Shown here: positions 1 to 15,037 of the stretch, piece after piece
How positions within the stretch are numbered: the first letter of the stretch is position 1
How the letters are laid out: each line of letters opens with the position of its first letter
DNA from: the human T2T-CHM13v2.0 reference genome, Homo sapiens
DNA: 64,000 nucleotides
Assembly (NCBI RefSeq): GCF_009914755.1
Contig: NC_060925.1
Reading direction: 5' to 3' (one strand)
Translations under genes and position numbers: made by a program
The notes under the pieces: generated by a model
The model's database searches: none
Told to the model about the DNA's origin: nothing
Seen by the model: the letters and a program-made list of their open reading frames with translations, nothing else

Positions 1-599
1 CTAAAATAAGTGTAATACATAACTCACAAAGTTGTTGAGGAGAAGAAATGAGGTAATATATGTAATATCTGGCATTTAGCAAACATTCAACAAATAACCC
101 ATGATGATATCATCATCATTAGAATTATTCCCTGAAGATTATGAAAGAAAATGAAATGCTCTACTTTTTAACATAAGCTACCTAAGCCTGTAAGGTATGG
201 TTTTTCTTTAAACTTCCTGAGCCTTGTTTGTTTCCATGAGTAGTTATTGTCAGGGAGGCAAGGTAACACCTCTCAAGGAGAAGGCTTATCCAACCTAGTG
301 GTATGATATGATTCTACAGTAACACCCACATGCATTTACAGCCTGGGTCTATCATTCCCTAGTTGGGTGGCCTTGGATAAAGTAACTCTGTGGGCTTTGG
401 TGTGGTAATTGTTCCTACTTTATAGGTTGGTTGTTGATGGATTAAATGAGAAAAATGCACGAAAGGCCCTTCAGCACAGTCAGAATGAGAGCTTTTCAAA
501 TGTTAGCTACTATTGCCACAGGAAATCTTGGGGAGGCGACTCAGTGTGCCTAGTGCAGTTCTGTTCTGAACGGCTTGTGTGCGTGTGTTTGCCTTTTAG

Positions 600-681
600 T
601 ACCATCTTCCTCATGGGACCAGTGAAACAGCTGAAGCGAATGTTTGAGCCTACTCGTTTGATTGCAACTATCATGGTGCTG
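600..681 (+). CDS. SFT2D2: SFT2D2 internal coding exon ([S]TIFLMGPVKQLKRMFEPTRLIATIMVL), Got1/Sft2 vesicle transport protein
   Basis: ttttAG acceptor 598-599 and GTAAGG donor 682; 82 nt, phase 2 to phase 0; translation matches the SFT2D2 protein as I recall it. Confidence 0.96.
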
Positions 682-2087
682 GTAAGGTCTGCTTTTTAGC
701 TGGACTTCTCAGATGGGAGTTTTTATTTCTATTGTATAGGATGTTTTTCTTTTTAAATCTAAAGACCTCTTCTCTTTTTCCGTTCAGCTTGACTTATTAC
801 CCTATTCCTATAACCATGTGGCAGAAGGGAACACTCTAAGTAATACTACGATCCCCTCCTCCCCTACTTTGTGTTTCAGTGGGTGTCAAGGTGCTACCAG
901 TTCTGAAAAGCACCTCTAGAGGGCATTGCTTGTCAGATGAGCCACAGTGGTGTGGTGGTAGTAAGGGAGCTCAGACACCTTCCTGGTGACTGTGGAAGCC
1001 ACACACAGGCAGGGCTTAGAGGGAATAACTCAGAAACACAGGACTCATTCTCTAGGGTGGGTGTCCTGTCTTATAGAATGGCCTCTTTATTCCTCATTAT
1101 CTGACTTGGGGACTTATTACTGTTTTTCATCAGTCTCCCCAAAGTGGGAGTGGCCTCCTTATGGCCTGTCATCCTTGTACCCTGCTCTGACAACATTGTC
1201 TTTAGCTTTGTTGTATCTTCCTGTTCCATTGACCCTAAATGCCTCTCATTTTTGGCCTATTTTCTTCCCTGTGGTTGTCAAAATCATTCCAGACCTACAT
1301 TCTCTGGACTTTTATAGCTATTGCAACATTTGGAACTTGAAGAACATACTTTTATTTTTAGTTTCATTTATATAATCTCATTTGTTCAAATAGGTGAGTT
1401 ATCAAAAGCTGTGACCACATTTCCTGTTTATTTTGTGTCCTTTTAGAGTATTGGGCACAATGCTGGACACAGAGAATATTTAGGACATATTTGAGTAGTT
1501 ATTGTTATAGAAGGATGGCGAAGAAAGGCATGGCTGACTGCTCTAGCACCAGTTGTCCTTGGCCAGCCTCAGATGCCCACGGCCTGGACAAGTCTCTTGC
1601 AGAAAGAGCTTTCTAAGAATGGCCTTAGGGAAAGTGTTAGGTGATAGGTACACAAGTAACTGGCATGCTGACTGTGAGATTGATATCTCAGGTTAACCTT
1701 TGTCCTCACATGTGCTTTCTGCTGCAGAGACTAGCATTTGGTAGGAGTTAAAATAGAAAGATTTGTGTTAAGCTTACTTTAGTGCATTTGAATGAAAAGA
1801 TGGATGGACGGATGAATGGGTGGGCCTGAAATGTGATTTGTTTGCTGGGCAGAGGTTCTGGGAAAACTTGAAAGTAAAAGAACATCTTATCTATGTGAAT
1901 CTTTATTGGCTAGTTTGATTTCATGGAGATTTTTAACTATTCTGCCAAATATGGGTGCTCAGGTGGGTTAACTGCTTTGAGATGAAGGATGCATAAGTTT
2001 TGTGCATTTGTGAAGAATAACAAGTTTTGAGTTTTTTTTTTCCTGCCATGTTATTGTCATTAATTAATGTTTCCTTTCTTCCTTTAG

Positions 2088-2123
2088 TTGTGTTTTGCAC
2101 TTACCCTGTGTTCTGCCTTTTGG
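2088..2123 (+). CDS. SFT2D2: SFT2D2 coding exon (LCFALTLCSAFW)
   Basis: Pyrimidine tract plus AG 2086-2087; GTAAAT donor 2124; 36 nt, continues the frame; hydrophobic TM segment. Confidence 0.95.
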
Positions 2124-2210
2124 GTAAATGTATATTTTAATTTTTCTTAACCATTTTGGCTTTTGCCCCTTGTCTCACACTCTCCTATAACCATATTATT
2201 ATTTTTCCAG

Positions 2211-2269
2211 TGGCATAACAAGGGACTTGCACTTATCTTCTGCATTTTGCAGTCTTTGGCATTGACGTG
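2211..2269 (+). CDS. SFT2D2: SFT2D2 coding exon (WHNKGLALIFCILQSLALT[W])
   Basis: tttttccAG acceptor; GTAAGT donor 2270; 59 nt ending in phase 2; preceded by an 87-nt intron. Confidence 0.95.
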
Positions 2270-3334
2270 GTAAGTAACCTTTTAAACAATCCCCTCCCAC
2301 ATAGCCCACTGAATAATGTAGCCAAAGGAGATAAAACTCACATATTGTGGGTGGGAGAATTAAGAAAACACAGAAGCTGTTTAAGGATTCGTAATGATGA
2401 AAGTGAAGTCAGGCTCCAGAGCAAATGCCTATCAACCCAGCCCACTGCCAATAGATGGCATTAGTGGTCTTGAGTGGTCACAGGAGGCTCCTTGTTTGCC
2501 TGCTGTGGCATTTTTGCTGAACTAATGGTTGATTTTTGAGATGTTACAAATATTATTAAGCCACTCATGTCCGGTAAGTGCAAGGACAACAAAAGTATTA
2601 TAAGGGATGTTAAAAAGGCTTGTGAGTCCAATAGAGGTTAACAAAAAAGGAAAGTGGTAAGAAAAATAATGAATGTTACATTTGTGATAGAATGAATCAT
2701 TTAACAGAAGGACAAAGAGTGAACTGTCAGCAGGAGATGAGGAACAGTCACTGACGAAATGGAAAAACGTGTGTCTGTGGGCTGTAGGATCAGCGTATGT
2801 GCTCAGAGGCTTGTTGGCTTTTGGTAATTCAGCTGAAGAGTAGGAAATTGTAACTCCAGAGCCAAGTATAGTAAAAGGGCCGCTGGAGACATTTTGGGAA
2901 ACCATGAGTGGGGCTGTAGGTTCATGGTCCTTTCAAGCCTATACGACCTCAGAGTGAGAGGGGTGGTGGCATAGTTGGAATCTGTAGGTTCCAAGACATT
3001 TCTGTAGTTCTTTCAAAGTTTATCAAGGGATGGTATCTGCCAGAACAGTTTCAGTATAGATGTGACTCACCTATTTTTGAAAAAAATGTTTGCTACAGTG
3101 TAAAGAAAGGAGGATTGTGGACATTTTAAAGTTCTGAAGAATTGGTTAACTCCTATTTGGTAGAAATGAATCTTGAGACTGTAAGCTTAACTCCCATCCC
3201 TCCCTTTAGCAATTTTGGACTTTTGAATAAATATAGTTACAAATTGCCTTTTGGAATTTACTGTGTTGACAAGTAATTGAGCTTCTGTACATGTTAAGTA
3301 TAAGATATGGAGAAGGATGCTGGTGTTTGTGTTT

Positions 3335-3370
3335 ATGTGTGTGTGTGTGTGTGTATGTTTTTTTTTTTTT
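3335..3370. repeat. (TG)n microsatellite plus poly-T
   Basis: tgtgtgtg... followed by a T run. Confidence 0.9.
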
Positions 3371-3871
3371 TAAAATGACATGCACATTTGAGTGGTAGAC
3401 TGTTTATATTTTGATTTTTCTTCCAGGGCAGAAATTGGTACCTATATACACACACCTTGCTTTGCTTATAGACTGATTTTGAATCCAGTTTCAGAGGTTC
3501 AGCATTCATATGGGTCCAGCTGAATGGTGATATTCCCTTCAACACTCATGTGTTCCGACTGTGTTTGCTTTTCTAAGGGCTAACTTACAGTCTGCCTGAC
3601 ACACAGTGCCTGGTTCTTTAGCATTATGGAGCCTGTTCCTTGTATATGGTTTCCTTCTAAGTGACAGGGCTGAGCTAACTGGAATTTACCAAGATACCTT
3701 TGGACGTACTACATTTTCACTCATAGAGTAGTTGGTAGCATTTTTTTCTTCTTCTTTTTTATTCTCTTTTCTCTTCTTTTAAAATTAATAGGAGCAGAGC
3801 AGAAAATTTATCCCAATTAGGTAGAAGTTAAATTCTGTTTAGAATTTATAAAATGTTAGGAGTTCAACTGT

Positions 3872-4221
3872 GCCAGGTATGGGTGGCTCACACTGTAATG
3901 CCAAGACTTTGGGAGGCTGAGGTGGGAGGATTGCTTGAAGCCAGGAGTTTGAGACTAGCCTGGACAGTGTAGCAAGACCGGGTCTCTGCAAAAAAACAAA
4001 CAAACAAACAAAAAAAAACATTAAAAAATTAGCCGGGCATGGTGGCACATACTTGTAGTCCCAGCAATTCTGGAGGCTGAGGCAGGGGGATTGCTTGAGC
4101 TTCCTAGACTTGAGCCTAGAAATTCAAGGCTGCAGTGAGCTATGATTGAGCCACTATATTCCAGCAGCCTAGGTGACGAGCACGACCCTGTCTCAAAAAA
4201 AAAAATAAATAAATAAATAAA
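3872..4221 (+). mobile_element. Alu (old, AluJ-like)
   Basis: Dimeric Alu with expanded A-rich linker and (TAAA)n tail. Confidence 0.9.
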
Positions 4222-4627
4222 GGAGGGGGGTGCGGTTCAACTGTTCTGGGTTTTATTTGATATTTTTTCAGAATAGAGTTTCTGTGCCATCTGGGTATTT
4301 GAAATCTGACTGTTTAAGGTGATTGTTGCTAGTTCAAGGTTATAGCAGTACTGCATTGAGGCCGAGGTCATACGGGTTATCTCCACATGAACCTTTTGCC
4401 CTTCTTCTGTGGCTGCCTATCTGTACATGGCCATAGTGTGTGTGTTTGGGTACACGTGCATGCACATGCGTGGGCCTTTGTGTGCACATGCTCATCCCCC
4501 AGGCTGAGTATGGGAGAGGGTCTGGATAGATCACTGCAGGTATTCTTACAGCTCAGAAGCCCATTCCGCTGGATAATCTGCTACTCCCTTCATCTCATTT
4601 GACCCTTTGTTTTGTTTTTCATTATAG

Positions 4628-4657
4628 GTACAGCCTTTCCTTCATACCATTTGCAAG
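4628..4657 (+). CDS. SFT2D2: SFT2D2 30-nt penultimate exon ([W]YSLSFIPFA[R])
   Basis: tatAG acceptor 4626-4627; GTAAGA donor 4658; phase 2-2; YSLSxIPFAR is the conserved Sft2 motif. Confidence 0.95.
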
Positions 4658-5390
4658 GTAAGACTGTGTATTTGGAAATAATGATTTCTGTCATTTTAAT
4701 TCAGAGTCTGCTTTCAGAGAGTATAGCCTATTTTATTTATCTTTACTGAAGTCTTTTGAGTCAAGTAGACAAATACTATACATCTCATTTATAGATAAGT
4801 AAGTTAAAGGTCACCCCACCACCCACTCTAATTATACAACTAATGATGGATATTTACCCAGGTACACTGATTTCCAATGCTGTGAACATTCTACTCTTAT
4901 ATATGGTGCATATATGCACATTATTACTCTTTTAACCCGTAGCTTTGAGTAGGGTTTTTTTTTTTTTTTTTTTTATAAAGGTGAATGTCATTTCATATCA
5001 CTGAGTAAGATATGGAGGGATCTCAATTCGTGCTTCTTGCAGTATCCCACTGCTGGGAAGGTTTCACAAGAGTTTATAAAGGGAGAGTAAGCAGTACCAG
5101 GGCTTCCTAATTAGCAGTGTGACCTCGAGCAGCTCTCTTGACCCCTCTGGCCTCAAAGCATCGATAAGTAGACTGAGTTGGTCTAGATCATCTCCAGAGG
5201 CCTCTTTTAGCTCTGAAATTCTAATACTCCATACCTCTTTAAGCACTTTCAGTGACGGACCTCTCAAAATTAGCCGCATGATCTTTGCCTCTGACTTTGT
5301 TCTAATGCAACTATTTAACTTCTGTTCTTTTTTTTTTTTTTTTATCATTACCTGTTAATTAAAAACAAGCTTTTTAAAAAAACTGTACTG

Positions 5391-5748
<358 letters not shown>

Positions 5749-6128
5749 TTAACAAATTCCAAGACTGTTGCTGACAGTGATTTGAAAGTATTGAGGAGTG
5801 ATTGATTGGATGCGAAGTTAAGCCTTTCAAGTGAAAGGCAGCTGAGTGGCTTTGTTGATAGATTCTAGGAGGGTAACAGTTATGAAATACTCCATGCAGA
5901 CCTGGCTGGTTTTGGGGCCTGGTGGCTTGTCTGAGAAGAATATGGGCAGGGATGTCCTGGGAAGCTAGATTTTTATGTGAAGTAAACCGGAGTTCATCAT
6001 TACTGAGGATCCAATGAGATATTGATCAACCTGCCAACATATGAATATTTTTTGGTCCCTGAACCAGCTGCATAGTTTTCAGGGCCCAGTGCAAAATAAA
6101 AATGTGAGCTTCTTGTTCAAAAATCATA

Positions 6129-6416
6129 GGCCGGGCACGGTAGCTCAGCCTATAATCCCAGCACATTGGGAGGCTGAGGTGTGCGGATCACGAGGTCAGG
6201 AGTTCAAGACCAGCTTGACCAACGTGGTGAACTCCTGTCTTTACTAAAAATACCAAAATTAACCGAGCGTGGTGGCGTGCACCTGTAATCCCAGCTACTC
6301 AGGAGGCTGAGGCAGTAGAATCGCTTGAACCTGGGAGGCGGAGGTTGCATTGAGCCGAGATCACGCCATTGCCCTCCAGCCTGGGCAACAGAGGGAGACT
6401 CTGTCTCAAAAAAAAA
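6129..6416 (+). mobile_element. AluS-like element
   Basis: ggccgggcacggtagctca...poly-A. Confidence 0.92.
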
Positions 6417-6701
6417 GATTAAGAATTTCAAGATGGCAACATCAAATCAAGGCATTAAACCCAATGTGGACCCTTCTGAGTATGGGGCCAGTGCAGTTGC
6501 ACAGGTCTCATTCGTGAAACTTGCTTGGAGTCATTTGTCAGAGCTTCAGTCTTGATCTGGATTGGCATGTATAAAATTTATGTACAAGTGATTGATAGAA
6601 TGAGGGAATTTTATTTGAGATAGTGAGTTTCATGTGCTGAGGAGACGAATTACTCCTCTAGTAGGGAGGGAATCACAGAGCTAGATCCCACCCTTCTATT
6701 C

Positions 6702-6991
6702 TTTTTTTTTTTTTTTTTTTTTTTGAGATGGAGTCTCACTCTATGGCCCAGGCTGGAGTGCAGTGGCCCGATCTCAGCTCACCTCAGTCTCCAACCTCCT
6801 GGCTTCAAGCTGTTCTCCTGCCTCAGCCTCCATGTGCACGCCACCATGCCAGGCTCATTTTTTGTATTTTTAGTAGAGATGGGGTTTCACCGTGTTGGCC
6901 AGGCTGGTCTCGAACTCCTGACCTCAAGTGATTGGCCCACCTCGGCCTCCCAAAGTGCTGGGTTTACAGGTCCGAACCACCATGCCTGGCC
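6702..6991 (-). mobile_element. AluS-like element with small internal deletion and perfect TSD
   Basis: TSD CCACCCTTCTATT at 6688-6700 and 6992-7004; lacks the gagtagctgggattacagg segment near 6830. Confidence 0.93.
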
Positions 6992-7999
6992 CCACCCTTC
7001 TATTTGTAAGTTCCCCTGGAATAGCTTTTCCCACAGTGTTCCACAGAAATAGTGTTTCTGTGGAAGAAAAGAGTTCTATGATCAAGTAAGTTTGAGAAAC
7101 AGGTTAAGCAAAATTAGGTAGGTTCCTCTTTGCCTGGCTTGCTAGATCCTTCCATATGCTATGTGTATTGTGAGCTGCCATGAGGGGGACTTATGTGGCC
7201 ATAAAACCCTTCTTGTGCAGAGACTCTTCTGAGACTACAGTGCAGAGTATATCTCAAGAAATGCTGCCCTGGAACCATCTTGATATTAAAATGCAGTGCC
7301 TACTCATGGAAATGCATCCATTCACCTCTCCCTCCCTTATGTGACTCCCAATGTCCTTAGTGCAGCACAGTTGAGAACGTGGAACAGAGCTGGGGTATGA
7401 GAAGCCTAGTGCCACATTGCACAGTGTGGTGTGGTGGTGGAAATGGAAGTGCTTGCTTGGGTAGAATAGTAATTTCTTGAAGACCAACTCTTCCTTGCAC
7501 CCTCTACACTGAATTCTAAGCAGTAAATACCTGTGATAAGGCTATTATAGCATATTAATAAGTGCTCAGGACCCATAGTGAGCTCCCTTCTGCTGCCTGC
7601 TTAGAATGAAGAAAGGTCCCAGTTAATATTTGATTTAATGCTGTCAGTGCATTCTGTGATTTTGACCGATATTAAAGTGCAGCAATCCTGACTGATTTCT
7701 TAGTTTCTGACAGTCTATGTTATCTTTTTCTCTGATTATGATGGCTAATCCCATAATCAGACTGTCGGGTAAGTGGGGACATCCCCTCTTACAGATGAGG
7801 AATTTGAAACTCAAACAGGACAAGGAACTTTCCCAGGATAGTACTACTAATAAATGTTGAAGCTGCAGTTTGATGCTGTGAAGGTCTGATCTTTCAGTCT
7901 AGGTGCTTTCTACTCTGCAGCTTCCACTCTGGGTGCCCTCTAAAGGAGTGCCTTTGGGGTGATGACGTTCCACTCATCTTTGTGTCTTTTCTTTCCTAG

Positions 8000-8039
8000 G
8001 GATGCTGTGAAGAAGTGTTTTGCCGTGTGTCTTGCATAA
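8000..8039 (+). CDS. SFT2D2: SFT2D2 last coding exon ([R]DAVKKCFAVCLA*)
   Basis: ctttcctAG acceptor 7998-7999; stop TAA 8037-8039; completes the spliced ORF. Confidence 0.95.
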
Positions 8040-9562
8040 TTCATGGCCAGTTTTATGAAGCTTTGGAAGGCACTATGGACAGAAGCTGGTGGACAGTTTT
8101 GTAACTATCTTCGAAACCTCTGTCTTACAGACATGTGCCTTTTATCTTGCAGCAATGTGTTGCTTGTGATTCGAACATTTGAGGGTTACTTTTGGAAGCA
8201 ACAATACATTCTCGAACCTGAATGTCAGTAGCACAGGATGAGAAGTGGGTTCTGTATCTTGTGGAGTGGAATCTTCCTCATGTACCTGTTTCCTCTCTGG
8301 ATGTTGTCCCACTGAATTCCCATGAATACAAACCTATTCAGCAACAGCACATAAGCCTTGGGTGCAAGTGATTCCCAGGTGGCAAAAGGCAGCCCCATCA
8401 GAGATCACGGGAGCAACAGTAAGGGACAGAGTTTTGGGGTCCACTTGTCCCTCAGCATGGAAGCCATCACCGTGGTCCTGCATAGAGTGAGTCTACTTCT
8501 ACTCTGGCATCTGAGAACAAGTGACTCTGCTTTAGACAAGCCCCTGGAGAGCCTGGCCATGGAGTGAGGTAGAAAAGAAGCACTTTTTGGTGGTATATGC
8601 TGTTTCTGAATTTGAATCTAAGCATTCTTGGTGTTCTGATTCTGCGCCTGACTGTGGAATGTATTTTCTGACATTAGGTGCAGACTCTTTTTCTCTTGGG
8701 TTTTATTTCCCATCCCTCCCTCCCTCTCCCTGCATATCTTTCTTTATGACCTCCTGGCACTAGATGGGGAAAGAACAGAGCAGCAGCAGCAGAAAATGCT
8801 GCTGTTTTTTTTTGGACGAGAGCCCATAGGAGTTGAAAAATCCTGCTGCTCTCAGCTATATTTTTTTCTCCATTATTTATAAATGTTTGCTTTTAAACTG
8901 ATTTTATTTTCCATTCTCCCCTGGAGTTGGGCCAGGGGAGAGTGGGGTGGGAAGACAGATCCCTGCTGTGCGGCCAGCAGGAAGTAGGCACGCCTGCCCA
9001 GTGACCTTTAAATAGTCCCAGTGTTTGCACTTAGCCTGTGCTGGGGACACTGGGGATAAACTGCAGGTGGTCTCATGTCAGCCTGATGCCTAACCTACAA
9101 AGTGCTTTTGTGTCCACGATCTTACCTGGTTCTTATGGAGAGCCTTGTGAGGAAGCAGGGATTGTTATACCACTGTGCAGTCAAGGGAATCAAGGCCCAC
9201 ACTGGTTTTTGGATCCACCCAAAGCCACAGCTTCAGCCTCCTTCATGACCCCAGAGTTTCCTGGCCTGTTTCTGGTTGTGCCTCCTGTAACTGCCTGTGA
9301 CTGTTTCCCTCGTTTTCATCAGCCAAGCCATCTCCTCCCTGGCCCTCCCTGCCCATCTCTTTTGGAAGCTTCTTCCTGGATCTGCAGGATGTTCACTGTC
9401 CCTTGTGTTCCCTTTCAGCTCCTCCTTGTTGCCTGACTACGATTAGTGCCCTGTCTTGTCAGCCAGCATTCCTGGCCCTCCAGGACCTCCAGAGTCATCC
9501 TACAAATGACGTTTATCTGGATTGCCTTTCTGTTCTTTGCACAGGGCCAACTGGTCCACTAG

Positions 9563-10007
<445 letters not shown>

Positions 10008-10374
10008 TGAACAAGCCTGACGGGGCCAGAGAGAGGAGCTAGTCTTCCCAGGTTCTTTCTAGGCTATTGATGACATCCAGTCATCTGCTCAGGTCACTAA
10101 CCTGTCCTCAGCCAGGAAAGGAAATTTTATGCTACCCCTCTGGCTTTTGTGGGATTCTTTCACATCCCAGGTGCCTCTTGGAGACAGATCTCAGAAGGGC
10201 TGTGGTGTCAGAAGGGACATGGAGGAGGTCAGGAGGGCTCATGGTTCCTTTTCTTTAGAACTGATACGAGGCTTGGCTAGTCACTGTGAGCTCCAGCAGC
10301 TCCAGCAGCCTGGAATAAGACACCTAGAAGGCTCATCCCTCCATGTCCATGTCCTTTTTTGTTTTTTAGATTGA

Positions 10375-11140
10375 ACAACCATGCTTTGTTTAAAAAATAA
10401 TCTCAGCAAACTAGGGATACAAGAGAATTTCCTCAACCTGTCGAAGGGCATCTTTAAAATATCTACTGCTAACATCCTATGTAATGATGAAAGGCTGAAT
10501 GTTTTCCCCTAAGATTGAGAATAAGACAGAGATGTCAACTCTTACCACTTCTATTCAACGTTGTACTGAAAATTCTAGCCACTGCAATCATGTTTTAATT
10601 GGGAGTAGGGGGAAAGAGGGAGGGAAGGAGAAAAATGAAAGGCCTTTAGATTGAAAAGAAATGAGTAAAACTGTCTATTCACAGATATTATCATCTATGT
10701 AGAAAACCAAATCAAATCCATTACTAAGTTACTGAAACCAGCAAGTGAGTTTCGCAACACAGCAGGATATATAATTGATATACACAAATCAATTGTGTTT
10801 CTCCATGTTAGAAGTAAAGAATTAGGAATTGAAAATTTAAAAATAATACCATTTACAATAGCATTAAAATATAAAATTCTTGGGAATAAACCCGACAAAC
10901 TATGTGGATTATCTGTACACTGATAACTAAAAAGCATTGCTAAGAAAAATTAAGACCTAAGTAAATATCTTGTTGATAGGTTGAGAGACTCAACATTGTT
11001 GATGTTAATTCTTTCCCATATTAATCTATAGATATAATGCAGTCCCCATCCAAAGCCAAGCAGGCTTTTTTTTTTTTTTTTTTTGTAGAAATTAAAAACT
11101 GGTTTTAAGATTCACATGGCATGCAGATGATCTAGAAGAT
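10375..11140 (+). mobile_element. Old L1M ORF2 fragment
   Basis: Degenerate L1 ORF2 sequence (ttcctcaacctg..., ccacttctattcaac, atctatgtagaaaacc, tctatagat..aatgcagtccccatc). Confidence 0.8.
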
Positions 11141-11149
11141 CCACAGTAA

Positions 11150-11222
11150 CTCTCCTGCTGTGCAGCTGGTTCCTAACAGGTCATGGACCTGTCCATGGCC
11201 TGTAGGTTGGGAACCTCTGCTA
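11150..11222 (+). mobile_element. MER1-like hAT-Charlie DNA transposon end fragment
   Basis: gctggttcctaacaggtcatggacc...ggttgggaacctctg resembles the MER1 terminus as I recall it. Confidence 0.55.
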
Positions 11223-12710
<1,488 letters not shown>

Positions 12711-12732
12711 TTATATGAGATTCTGGAAATAC

Positions 12733-14750
12733 TTCTTTTTTTAAATTATACTTTAAGTTCTGGGGTACATGTGCAGAACATGCGGGTTTGTTACATAGGT
12801 ATACATGTAATGTTATCCCTCCCCTAGCCCCCACCCCCGGACAGGCCCCGGTATGTGATGTTCCCCTCCCTTTTCCATGTGTTCTCATTGTTCAACTCCC
12901 ACTTATGAGTGAGAACATGTGGTGTTTGGTTTTCTGTTCTTGTGTTAGTTTGCTGAGAATGATGGTTTCCAGCTTCATCCATGTCCCTACAAAGGACATG
13001 AACTCATCCTTTTTTTATGGCTGAATACTATTCCATGGGTGTATATATGCCACATTTTCTTTATCCAGTCTATAATTGATGGACATTTGGGTTGGTTCCA
13101 AGTCTTTGCTGTTGTGAACAATGCTGCAGTAAACATACATGTGCATGTGTCTTTATAGTAGAATGATTTATAACCCTTTGGGTATATACCCAGTAATGAG
13201 ATTGCTGGGTTAAATGGTATTTCTAGTTCTAGATCCTTGAGGAATCGCCACACTGTCTTTCACAATGGTTGAACTAATTTACACTCCCACCAACAGTGTA
13301 AAAGTATTCCTATTTCTCCCTGTCCTTTCCAGCATCTGTGGCCACCATGCCACTTTTTAATGATTGCCATTCTAACTGGCATGAGATGGCATCTGATGGT
13401 GGTTTTGATTTGCATTTCCCTAATGACCAGTGATGATGAGCATTTTTTCATATGTTTGTTGGCTGCATAAATATCTTCTTTTGAGAAGTGTCTATCCTTC
13501 GCCCACTTTTCGATGGGGTTGTTTTGCTCTTATAAATTTGTTTAAGTTCTATGTAGATTCTGGATCTTAGCCCTTTGTCAGATGGATAGATTGCAAAAAT
13601 TTTCTCCCATTCTGTAGGTTGCCTGTTCACTCTGATGATAGTTTCTTTTGCTGTGCAGAAGCTCTTTGGTTTAATTAGATCTCATTTTGTCTATTTTGGC
13701 TTTTGTTGCCATTGCTTTTGGTGTTTTAGTCGTGAAGTCTTTGCCTATGCCTATGTCCTGAATGGTATTGCCTAGGTTTTCTTCTAGGGTTTTTATGGTT
13801 TTGGGTCTTACGTTTAAGACTTCCTCTTTTCCTAATTGAATACCCTTTATTTCTTTCTCTTGCCTGATTGCCCTGGCCAGAACTTCCAGTACTATGTTGA
13901 GTAGGAATGGTGAGAGAGGGCATCCTTGTCTTGTGCTGGTTTTCCAAGGGAATGCCTCTAGTTTTTGCCCATTCAGTATGATATTGGCTGTGGGTTTGTC
14001 ATAAATAGCTCTTCTTATTTTGAGATGCGTTCCATCAATACCTGGTTTATTGAGAGTTTTTAGCATGAAGGGCTGTTGAATTTTGTTGAATGCCTTTTCT
14101 GCATCTATTGAGTTAGGGAGGATTCCCTCTTTTTCTATTGTTTGGAATAGTTTCAGAAGGAATGGTACCAGCTCCCTTTTGTACCTCTGGTAGAATTCGG
14201 CTGTGAATCCATCTGGTCCTGGACTTTTTATGGTTGGTAGGCTATTAATTACTGCCTCAATTTCAGAACTTGTTATTGGTCTATTCAGGAACTCGACTTC
14301 TTCCTGGTTTAGTCTTGGGAGGGTGTATATGTCCAGGAATTTATCCATTTCTTCTAGATTTTCTACTTTATTTGCGTAGAGTTGTTTATAGTATTCTCTA
14401 ATGGTAGTTTGTATTTCTGTGGTATCGGTGGTGATATCCCCTGTATCATTTTTTATTGCATTTATTTGATTCTTCTCTCTTTTCTTCTTTATTAGTCTGG
14501 CTAGCAGTCTATCTATTTTGTTGATCTTTTCAAAAAACCAGCTCCTGGATTCATTGTTTTTTTCGTGGTCTCTATCTCCTTCAGTCCTGCTCTAATCTTA
14601 GTTATTTCTTGTCTTCTGCTAGCTTTTGAATTTGTTTGCTCTTGCTTCTCTAGGTCTTTTAATTGTGATGTTAGGGTGTTGATTTTAGATCTTTCCTGCT
14701 TTCTCTTGTGGGCATTTAGTGCTATAAATTTCCCTCTACACACTGCTTTA
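12733..14750 (-). mobile_element. 5'-truncated L1PA with multiple internal deletions
   Basis: L1 3' end (ttttttaaattatactttaagttc) at ~12735; ORF2 pieces in ORFs 14513-14743, 13671-14348, 13448-13630, 13260-13451 and 12987-13253. Confidence 0.93.
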
Positions 14751-14751
14751 A

Positions 14752-15037
14752 TTTTGAAATGGAGTTTCGCTCAGTTTCCCAGGCTAGAGTGCGGTGGCAT
14801 GATCTCAGCTCACTGCAACCTCTGCCTTCTGGGTTCAAGTGATTCTTGTGCCTCAGCCTCCCAAGAAACTGGGACTACAGGCATGTGCCACCACACCCGG
14901 CTAATTTTTGTATTTTTAGTAGAAACAGGGTTTCACCATGTTGGCCAGGCTGGTCTCGAACTCCTGACCTCAAGTGATCCTCCTGCCTCGGCCTCCCAAA
15001 GTGCTGGGATTACAGGCGTGAGCCACCATGCCCAGCC
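14752..15037 (-). mobile_element. AluS-like element, almost tailless, abutting the L1 5' truncation
   Basis: ttttgaaatggagtttcgctc...gtgagccaccatgcccagcc. Confidence 0.9.

Noticed and set aside
409-699. 96-aa ORF as a standalone gene
   Set aside because: Only 600-681 is exon; the rest is intronic read-through from a non-ATG start
8783-8813. CAGCAGCA-gaaaa-TGCTGCTG hairpin followed by a T run, resembling an intrinsic terminator
   Set aside because: Eukaryotic Pol II 3'UTR; a short CAG repeat next to its complement is readily explained by chance
11066-11084. Poly-T as the tail of the ANKRD retrocopy
   Set aside because: It lies inside continuous L1M sequence (gcaggc-Tn-gtagaaatt), with L1 sequence between it and the retrocopy
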